Positions 37,778-47,002 of a stretch of 53,917 bases of DNA are shown here, in pieces. Positions within the stretch are counted from its first letter, which is position 1. Every line of letters begins with the position of its first letter. The stretch is from Prorocentrum cordatum (lineage: Eukaryota): positions 62,001-115,917 of the forward strand of contig CAUYUJ010000283.1 in assembly GCA_963575745.1 (NCBI GenBank), read 5' to 3'. The notes beneath the pieces are model-generated. The model was not told the DNA's origin. It did not search any database and worked only from the letters and a program-made list of their open reading frames with translations. A program made the position numbers and the translations under genes.

Positions 37778-38273
37778 AAAATGTGGCCCAGGAATGGAGT
37801 TCTGGGAAGTCGAAGAGCACGAAGTTGCCTACAGTTGGCTACGGGCATTCAAAATGTGGCCCGGGAATGGAGTTCTGGGACTCGAAGAGCACGAAGTGGC
37901 CTACAGTTGGCTCCGGGCATTCAAAATGTGGCCCGGGAATGGAGTTCTGGGAACTCGAAGAGCACGAAGTGGCCTACAGTTGGCTCCGGGCATGCAAAAT
38001 GTGGCCCGGGAATGGGATTCTGGGAACTCGAAGAGCACGAAGTGTGTGACTGTTGCATCCGGCCCTCCAGAATGTGGCCCGGGAATGGAGTTCTGGGAAC
38101 TCGAAGAGCACGAAGTGTGTGACTGTTGCATCCGGTTATTCTAAATGTGGCCCGGGAATGGCGTTCTGGGATCTCGAAGAGCACGAAGTGTGTGACTGTT
38201 GCATCCGGGTATTGAGAATGTGGCCTGGGAATGGAGTTCTGGGAACTCGAAGAGCACGAAGTGTGTGACTGTT
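37778..38273 (+). repeat. Tandem repeat, ~72-73-bp unit, ~7 copies
   Basis: aatgtggcccgggaatggagttctgggaactcgaagagcacgaagtg followed by one of two tail variants. Confidence 0.95.
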
Positions 38274-38509
38274 GGTGAAAAACGAGCCCGGCACCTGCCG
38301 CCCGGCAACTCCCAACACCTGCCCGGACCCCCCTGTGGAGTGATCTGTGAGCTCTTTTGAGACCACTAGAAACCTATCAGTCTTCGCTGTTAGGTAAAAC
38401 AAAGTCTTGATAGCATACAACTCGTGCGTGGCACAGCCACGGCTAGCAAAGTCTTGTTAGCATACATTTCGTGCGTGGCTACAAACGCGGCACGGCACCA
38501 CCAGCATGG

Positions 38510-38853
38510 CCCCAAGACGGCTCCCAACCAAGATGGGCCCCCCAAGACTCCCCCCCAAGACGGCTCTCCAAGACTCCCCCCCAAGACGGCACCCCCAAGA
38601 CGACACCCCCAAGACGGCCTCCAAGACGCCCCCCCAAGACGACCCCCAAGACGTCACCCCCAAGACGGCACCCCCGAGACGTCCCCCAAGACGGCGCCAC
38701 CAAGACGGTTCCACCAAGACGGTTCCACCAAGACGGTTCCACCAAGACGGCACCACCAAGACTGCCGAATAACCGCCGACCCGCGCCGAATGCTCTTGGG
38801 TCACGAGGCGTAATCCGCGGGCCTCCTGTCGGGCCCCCAGGCGCATGAGGTAT
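38510..38853 (+). repeat. Direct repeat B, copy 2
   Basis: Matches 19565-19840. Confidence 0.85.
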
Positions 38854-38933
38854 GATATATTTAGCGTGTGACTATTTTTGTCATCGCCTCATTTCTTTTT
38901 TTGTGTCATTGTATAAGATAGTTGTTTGATGTA

Positions 38934-41900
38934 CGGCCGGCACAAGGCTTAAGAACTTCGGTGGTTCGGGGAGGGTACCCTTATGTTCTTCGTTTTTGTT
39001 CCATGTTCTTGTGCACCCTGGGGAAGGGTATCCTCGATGTTCTTCAGTTTGGCGCCATTATTCCTTCGTTCTGACAAAGCTGGGGTTCGGGGCTCACGAT
39101 TCGGCTACGAGCGTCCGCGGCGGGGGCGGGACCCTCCATGTTCTTCGGTCCCGAAGTCACGGTGCGGCCTTCAGCAACCGCATGCCCCTTCATGATGGTG
39201 GTGCGATTGCAATCACCCTCGCATGTTCTTAGGGGACTGTTTGGCGTTGGTGGGCTTCGGGCTGCGGGGCTTAGGGCGTGCGGATGCAGGCTTTATTGAG
39301 GCTACGTACGCACGTCGGCCGCAGGGCTCGCGCGTCCGCGGCACGGGCAGGACCCTCCATGTTCTTCGGTTTCGATGTCAATGTGCGGCCTCCAGCAACC
39401 GCGTGCCCCTTGATGATGGCGGCGTGAGTGCAATCACCCTCGCATGTTCTTAGGGGAGAACTTGGCGCTAGTGGGCTTCAGGTTTCGGAGAGTAGGGTGC
39501 GCGGCTGCAGGCGTGAGGCTAGGGCGGGCGGGCGAAGCCACGCGCAGCTTCCTGGGCTGCGGCAGGGCTGAGAGGTTGGATGTGCGGATGACGTTCAGGA
39601 CGTAGCGCTGACGTCGGTCCTATGCTAAGGCCCATGGGGTAGGCCGCAGGGCTCGCGCATCCGCGGCGCGGGCAGGACCCTCCATGCTCTTCGGTCTCGA
39701 TGTCAAGGTGCGGCCATCCGCAACCGCGCCCCCCTGGATGATGGTGGCGCGAAAGGAATCGCCCTCGCATGTTCCTAGGAGAGAGTTTGGCGGTTGTTGG
39801 GCATCAGAGCGGGGTATGTGCGCGCGTGCGTGCGTGCGTGTGTGCGTGTGTGCGTGCGTCCTACCGAGGGCCACGCAAAACTTGACATGCGCGTCTGCGC
39901 TGCCGAAAGCGAGTTAAGAGGCCCGCGTTGTCAGCAATAGGAGAGTCGCCATGTTGGCTTGGAAAATCAAAGTGAACCTTCAGCGTCGCCAGTCAGATTT
40001 CCAAGTTAGCATGCACCAAAACCCATGTTAACTTGGAAATCAACTGCCCACTTCCAAGGGCTCCCTTTGAATTCCCCAGTCAACGCGGCAACTGTCCTAT
40101 TGCTGGCGCTGCGGCGTTTCTCGCGCGCGCGCGCCGCCGCGCGCGCGGCGGCGCAGGAACGCGCGAGAAGTTTTGCGCGCGCTGTTGCAGAAGACATGCA
40201 CCAGCAACCCATGTTAACTTGGAAATCCAAGTGGCAACCGCTAAGGGTTCACTTTGATTTTCCAGGCCAACATGGCGACTCTTCTATTGCCGATAACGCG
40301 AAGCCCCGCACGCGCACACGCCGCCGCGCGCGCGGCGGCGCAGGCGCGCGCGAGGAGTGTTTGTCTGCGCTGTTGTAGAACACATGCACCAAAACCCATG
40401 TTAACTTCGAAATCCAATCGGCAACCACTAAGGGTTCACTTTGATTTCCCAGGCCAACATGGCAACTTTTCTATTGCTGATAACGCGGGCGCGCGCGAGG
40501 GGTTGTTGTATACGCCGTTGCAAGACACGTACACCAGAACCCATGTTGACTTGGAAATCCAATCGGCAACCGCTAGTGGTCCACTTCGATTCTCCAGGCC
40601 AACATGGCGCTTCTTCTACTGCTGATAACACTGAGCGCCCCACGCCCCTGCGCCGCGCGCGCGAGAAGCGTTTGCATGCGCCGCTGCAGAACACATGCAC
40701 CAAAACCCATGTTAACTTGGAAATCAAACTGCCCACTTCCAAGGGCTCCCTTTGAATTCCCCAGTCAACGCGGCAACTGTCCTATTGCTGGCGCTGCGGC
40801 GTTTCTCGCGCGCGCGCGCCGCCGCGCGCGCGGCGGCGCAGGAACGCGCGAGAAGTTTGCGCGCGCTGTTGCAGAAGACATGCACCAGAAACCATGTTAA
40901 CTTGGAAACCCAAGTGGCAACCGCTAAGGGTTCACTTTGATTTCCAGGCCAACATGGCGACTCTTCTATTGCCGATAACGCGAAGCTCCGCACGCGCACA
41001 CGCCGCCGCGCGCGCGGCGGCGCAGGCGCGCGCGAGGAGTGTTTGTCTGCGCTGTTGTAGAACACATGCACCAAAACCCATGTTAACTTCGAAATCCAAT
41101 CGGCAACCACTAAGGGTTCACTTTGATTTCCCAGGCCAACATGGCAACTTTTCTATTGCTGATAACGCGGGGCGCCCCACGCGCACGCGCCGCCGCGCGC
41201 GCGGCGGCGCGGGCGCGCGCGAGGGGTTGTTGTATACGCCGTTGCAAGACACGTACACCAGAACCCATGTTGACTTGGAAATCCAATCGGCAACCGCTAG
41301 TGGTCCACTTTGATTCTCCAGGCCAACATGGCGCTTCTTCTACTGCTGATAACACTGAGCGCCCCACGCCCCTGCGCCGCCGCGCGCGCGGCGGCGCCGC
41401 CGCGCGCGCGGCGGCGCAGGCGCGCGCGAGAAGTGGTTGCATGCGCCGTTGCTGAACACATGCGCCAGAGCCCATGTGTTCTGCAGCGGCGCATGCAAAC
41501 GCTTCTCGCGCGGCGGCGCAGGGGCGTGGGGCGCTCAGTGTTATCAGCAGTAGAAGAAGCGCCATGTTGGCTTGGAGAGTCAAAGTGGACCACTAGCGGT
41601 TGCCGATTGGATTTCCAAGTCAACATGGGTTTGGTGTACGTGTCTTGCAACGGCGTATACAACAACCCCTCGCGCGCGCCCGCGCCGCGCGCGCGCGGCG
41701 CGCCGCCGCGCGCGCGGCGGCGCGTGCGCGTGGGGCGCCCCGCGTTATCAGCAATAGAAAAGTTGTCATGTTGGCCTGGGAAATCAAAGTGAACCCTTAG
41801 TGGTTGCCGATTGGATTTCGAAGTTAACATGGGTTTTGGTGCATGCGTTCTACAACAGCGCAGACAAACATTCCTCTCGCGCGCCTGCGCCGCCGCGCGC

Positions 41901-42826
41901 GCGGCGGCGTGTGCGCGTGCGGAGCTTCGCGTTATCGGCAATAGAAGAGTCGCCATGTTGGCCTGGAACACATGCACCAAAACCCATGAGTTGCGCCGCT
42001 GCAAAACCCAGAGTTGTCGGGGGCGCCGCGGGGTTGGGGCGAGAGCTCGCGCGCGTGCATGAGTGCCAGGGCGTGAGACGTGGCGCTGAGGCCCACTGCT
42101 AGAGCCCTAAGCTGGCCGCAGGCCTCGCGCGTCCGCGGCGTGGGCAGGACCCTCCATGTTCTTCGGTCTCGGTGTCAGTGTGTCGCCTCCAGCAGCCGCG
42201 CGCTCGTGGATGACGGCGGCGCGGAGACGCACACCCTCGCATGTTCTTGTTGTGGGGCAACAGCAGCCTGGAGCTGGGCCTAGGGTGGCGGGGGCCAGGC
42301 CGCGCGGCCGCGGCCTTGAGTCTGGGGCGAGCAGGCGAGGTCGCGCGAGGCCCCCTGGGGCGCCGCGGGGCGAGAGCTCGCGCGCGTGCATGAGTGCCAG
42401 GGCGTGAGACGTGGCGCTGAGGCCCACTGCTAGAGCCCGACTAAGCTGGTCGCAGGCCTCGCGCGTCCGCGGCGCGGACAAGACCCTCCATGTTCTTCGG
42501 TCTCGATGTCAACGTGCTGCCTCCAGCAACCGCGCGCTCGTGGATGACGACGGACGCGCGGAGGCAGATCCAGGGCACAGGAACACAGCGTGGATCTCGG
42601 GGGGCGGGGGGGGGGGTCAGGGCTTCGGGGTTGCGTGGTCCAGGCTGTGCAGTCGAAGGCTTTAGGCTGGGGGCTGAACCAGATGCGTACTTACGCACGT
42701 TGGCTCGGAAGTGAAGGTCGGGGACACATCGGAAGGGCGTCCTCGACGTCCTTCTGGTTTGGGGTACTTTGGCCCGCGGAGGATCTCATGTTATTGTCCG
42801 ATGTTATTGTGGCCTTGTTCTGGCCG
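38934..42826 (+). mobile_element. ~3.9-kb TA-flanked non-autonomous TIR element, copy 2, with internal inversion 40010-41476
   Basis: TA|cggccggcacaaggc...gccttgttctggccg|TA. Collinear with 15467-19417 except for the inverted satellite block. Confidence 0.8.
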
Positions 42827-43329
42827 TAGCGGACGTGTGATGTTATAGTGTGTGGCTGTGATGTTTTGTATGTTACGCATGTTGTATCTATACTACATTA
42901 TGATATGACGTTATATGATGTGATATTGTGTTTTGTGGTGTTTTCGCGAGCGCCCAGGATGGCACACTCTTGTTTCACCAGGTTGTTTTCGCGAACGCCC
43001 ACGGTTGCACGTTACTGTTTCAGCGGGTCGTTTTTGTGAACGCTCAGGGTGGTACATTTCTCTTTATTCGAGATCGTGGCAAGCGTTATGTGATTTTATG
43101 TTGTGGCATATGATGTCGGATGTTGGCGAATGATGTTATGCATGGTATGTTATGTCCTGGTTTGATATGTTATGCTGTGATATGTTATGCTACGTTATGT
43201 TAAGTTATGTCAGGACGTATGAATTTGATGTCGTGATGGCGACGGGGATGTTGGGTAGTGAGTGTGGTTCATGGGCTGCTGCGCGAGGAGGGAGGATAGG
43301 GAGGAGGGGGAAGCTTTTGAAGGAGTCGG

Positions 43330-43361
43330 GACCTGAAGACCTGCGACTAAGCTTCGGCCAG
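43330..43361 (-). repeat. Right terminal inverted repeat of the giant element
   Basis: gacctgaagacctgcgactaagcttcggccag followed by GAAG. Confidence 0.95.
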
Positions 43362-43365
43362 GAAG

Positions 43366-44830
43366 TTGACTTCGCGGGGTGGTCCGTCCTTGTTTTTGCA
43401 CCTCGGCGCAGGTCAGGCCTTGCAGGAACGCCTTCTCGACCTCCACAGCGACGCGCGCCCGGTCTGGGCGTCGCACCGCCTCCCTGGATAACGGGCGCCG
43501 CGGCGCCCGCTTCGCTGTTCCAGCGAACGTCTCCGGGGACCTGGCGCCCACGTCGCGGGGGCCTCTTTCAAAGCCATGCGGCGCAGGATGATCTGGGCCG
43601 TCTTGCCGTCGGCCACCTTCCGGCGCGTCCACTTGTAGACATGTCAGGAGCCCACTAGATCTCGGGCGCCTTTGACCACTCGCCTCTCGAATCATGGAAG
43701 TGCATGTGGTCCAGATACTGATCCCTTCGAAGACGGCCGCTGCGATCTCCCTTGACGGCCTCGACGCTTCCTCGTCGGTCAGAAGCGCGGCATCGCGCAT
43801 AATGACCGCGGTCAGCGCGGCAGGGAGCGCTGGCGACGCAGTCGCCAGACGCTTCTTCTAGGAAGCTCAAGAATTATTCGCGCACCCCTGGATCAAGAAG
43901 CAAATCCACGCGCGACCCCCCTTCGTCGTCGTCATCCTCCTCTGGCGTGGCGTAGCCGCCCGAGGAGGCCACGCGCAGGTAGTGCTGGCACTGCGCGTGG
44001 CTGCTCTGGCGCTGGCGCTGCGGCTCGGGGCGCTGGGGCCACTCGCGGGCCCTGCGACCAGCTAGGCCAGCCGCGGCGTGCTCGACAGCAGCGTAGACCT
44101 CCTGCTGACTGTCGGTGCTCTCTTGCTCCTCGGGCTCCTGAATCAAGCCTTCTGCCCCCTCGACTTCGCGCCAAGCTGCCATCGTGACCTGTCGGATGTG
44201 GCCGGAGACGTCGCTGCCGCTCTCGATGGCGCTGATGGTGAACCCCCTTCGGTTGTTCTGGCGGCGTCCTCGGGAATCTCGATGACACAGTCATCGAACG
44301 ATCCGTCTGGATATTGTCCGGTGTCTGATACCAGCAACTGAATGATGCGAATTTCCTTCCGACGCTCGCCGGTAATTCGATGGATGTCGAATTTGGCGCC
44401 GTCGAGATGAATCTGCTGGATGTCGTTCGCATTCTCAAGGGTACCAGATAGCCAGGCTGCGGGTGTAGCCCGGCGAATGTTCCACATATTTCTGGCCGCG
44501 TATCAGGCGCATGGAGCGAACGTCGGGCAGCTGAAAGCATCTGCGGGGCAGATGACGCAGAGCTTCGAGGATGTCGAGGCACTGTCGGGTCTGCGCGGTG
44601 ATTTGCACGCCCCCCACGTCTTCCCAATGGCCTAAGGCCCTGGCCCCCCGGAGCCTTGTACAGTTCCAGGAAATCCAGGAAGACCCCCAACGCGGTCCCA
44701 TGCCAGGCCTGCTCGCGCCAGGCCGGTGCCTATGTCGTCGAAGATGGCACCGATGAGTGGCCAGACGTTTTGCAATCTGAATACCATATCGGCTCGGCGG
44801 TTCCCCGAGAACTAACGCTTCGTTCCCCCG
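43366..44830 (-). pseudogene. Decayed Ty1/copia pol, 5' part (linker and RT N-terminal part); continues at 14981
   Basis: QIILRRMAL (KARLV.RG position), ETFAGTAKR, VAVEVEKAFLQGLT (DV..AFLQG motif), then REVNF at the TSD. The upstream boundary is approximate. Confidence 0.75.
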
Positions 44831-44849
44831 CGATTCTAGAACCGCCTGC

Positions 44850-45330
44850 CCACTCAGCGAGGGCCCCGCGTGGCTGGGAAACCTGCCTGGGGAAATGCGG
44901 GCAAGGTTCTCCTTGCCTGCGTTAATCCTGGAAAGACAGGGCTCAGCCAACTGACGGGAGTCCACTGAGGCAGTCGTGCCTCAGAACAAACATGCAAAAA
45001 AAGCCGATCCAAGAATCCAAACTTGGGGGTGGGGTCGAGACCACCCCCCCGCACAGAAACAGAAAACGGAACCGGCAAGACCATGTCATGTGGCCAACTG
45101 GCCCCATCACCGCAAGGAGCTAGCATTGCATTCATCACCTGGCCCTTGGCCGAAATTAAACGACAGCGGACGCAGTGCCATCTCGATACTTCTCGGCGGA
45201 TGCAGTGGAAACTAGCGGCGACCGCTTCCTCAAAAGCGGGGACGTTGCCCTCTCCTCCAGGACTCCTTGAACTTTTGGCTGGAGGGGGTCTGCCACAGAA
45301 GAAGCCACTAGAGCTCTGCAAGCCCTCTTA
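44850..45330 (-). pseudogene. Possible LINE 3'-end remnant (Cys-rich tail)
   Basis: RWHCVRC...LAPCG; SRQLAEPCLS...ENLARISPGRFP resembles the Cys-rich C-termini of non-LTR elements such as the one at 7560-9400. Confidence 0.35.
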
Positions 45331-45787
45331 CGAACGAGAGAGCAAATCGCGTCCCGTATGCCGGAGAAGGGGGAGACCGAGGGTGGTGGTGGTCAGTCGG
45401 TCGGTCTTTCGATCGGAATCTGTGCGCCGACCATTGGTTGACTCTTATTCCCCAAGAGCCAAGGGAGGGAGATAGGGCGGAGAAGGGGAAGAGGAGGTAG
45501 GAAAGGACAAGTCCGCCGACCCTGTCGGTGTGGGTGTGAGACGTTCTTCCGTTTGAGTCATCGCCGTCGCCGTCGCCGTCGCCGCTCCCCTCTTCTGTTT
45601 GAATCGTCGTCGTCGTCGCCGCTGCACTCTCCCCATTTCCCCCGTCGCCGTTGCACTCTCCAACCAGACGGAAATCGAAGAACGTCGAACTTGAGTCGAA
45701 GGGAAGCCATCCCCTTGGATTACTCCCCCGCCAGAGGGGGGGGGGTCCTGGGATGGGTCACGCGGGAGCTCCGTGGGCGGCCCCCGG

Positions 45788-45929
45788 TGACGATCCAGGG
45801 ATCTTGTGGCCGTGATTTTCTCTTCGTCACTCCTGACTATCCGTGCGTGTAGCACTTGTGCTCAACGTGCCGCGGTGGTGCAAAATACATGAGTCACATC
45901 ATTTACTCGTAACAACAGTTACTTCGACA
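45788..45929 (+). repeat. 5' LTR
   Basis: tgacgatccaggg...ttacttcgaca; 6 substitutions versus the 3' LTR. Confidence 0.97.
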
Positions 45930-45930
45930 T

Positions 45931-45945
45931 TGGTAGAGCGGAGCG
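45931..45945 (+). promoter_or_regulatory. Putative primer-binding site (TGGTAGAGCGGAGCG)
   Basis: TGG starts 1 nt after the LTR's terminal CA, as expected for pairing with a tRNA CCA end; the primer tRNA was not identified. Confidence 0.6.
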
Positions 45946-46061
45946 TGTTTTCTCTTTCTGTGCGCGGGGTGTGCACATCGGTTTCATTCCCATCGGAGTG
46001 GTGACGCCTTTGATCTACAACTACCAGCAGAGCGCGGAGTTCTGCAACTCTCTTCGTCGGC

Positions 46062-46991
46062 ATGGCCGACTCCGACAATCAGAATGGCGCCGTCAGGAGG
46101 TTCTCGGGTGACAAGCCCACCGAGTACAAGGCGTGGAGGAAGTGGGCGAGAGCATGGATCAAGTCCAAGAATAACAATGAGGATGCTCGAGGCTCAGCAC
46201 TGGTCACTCTCCTGACGGGGGCGGCCTTCAGGGCCATCGAGGACGTCGAGGACGACCTCATCGAGCAGGCTGGCGGAGATGATGTGATCTTCGCCATCCT
46301 TGACGACAAGTACCCCGACCTCCCAGCCACAGACCGGCTGGGCGAGGTGATGCGTGCCTGTCCGAGGCTCAAGACCCACAAGCATGAAGAGGCCAACGCA
46401 TACACTGCCCGAGCCAGGGCCATCTTCGCTGATGCCGAGCGCAAAGGTATTGTCTTGCCAGAGATCGCGCGCGGCATCATGCTTCTCGAGGGTTGCCACC
46501 TGGACTCCGAGAAGGAGGCGGTCGTCATGGCCGCAGCCCACAGCTCCTGGCGGGAGCCCGACGTCGCTAGAGCTCTGAGGACCACGTATCGGGCAGGCCT
46601 TGGGAAGATGGCCATGGGCGGTCAGAGTCACTACAAGGCCTTCGTGGCTGAGCAGGAGCTCGACGGCGACGAGACTATCGAGGATGACGACGGCGACCCG
46701 GAGTGCGACGCACTTTTGGCCGACCACGGAGCACATGATGATGCCGACCCACCTGTTGATGAGCGGGATCTCATCGACGCCTTGATCTCATGGACGGAGC
46801 AGCGGAAGCTACACGGGAAGGTCAAGTTGGGTCGAGGTTTCGTGAAACCGAACCTAGAGGCGTATCGTCCAACAGAAAGGTGCCACAGTTGTAAAAAGAT
46901 CGGCCACTTTCAGAAGGACTGCAAGGGGCCTCGCAAATCCACGGCAGGTACGAGCTCTACCGAATCAGTGAAGAGTCAGTTTTTCACATAA
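46062..46991 (+). CDS. gag: Gag with CCHC zinc knuckle
   Basis: 309-aa ORF; FSGD..EYKAW near the N-terminus; RCHSCKKIGHFQKDC (CX2CX4HX4C). Confidence 0.9.
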   Translation: MADSDNQNGAVRRFSGDKPTEYKAWRKWARAWIKSKNNNEDARGSALVTLLTGAAFRAIEDVEDDLIEQAGGDDVIFAILDDKYPDLPATDRLGEVMRACPRLKTHKHEEANAYTARARAIFADAERKGIVLPEIARGIMLLEGCHLDSEKEAVVMAAAHSSWREPDVARALRTTYRAGLGKMAMGGQSHYKAFVAEQELDGDETIEDDDGDPECDALLADHGAHDDADPPVDERDLIDALISWTEQRKLHGKVKLGRGFVKPNLEAYRPTERCHSCKKIGHFQKDCKGPRKSTAGTSSTESVKSQFFT

Positions 46992-47002
46992 TGTTTCTCT
47001 AA

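Larger units (their letters stand above)
14986..43361. mobile_element. Giant (28,376 bp) TIR-bounded DNA element with 4-bp TSD GAAG
   Basis: Perfect 32-bp inverted repeats at 14986-15017 and 43330-43361. GAAG directly outside both ends (14982-14985, 43362-43365). The flanks rejoin into a continuous copia RT frame. Confidence 0.88.

Noticed and set aside
15467..42826. The two 3.9-kb direct repeats read as giant LTRs
   Set aside because: Each has its own TIRs and TA flanks, there are no TG...CA ends or PBS, and no retroelement genes lie between them.
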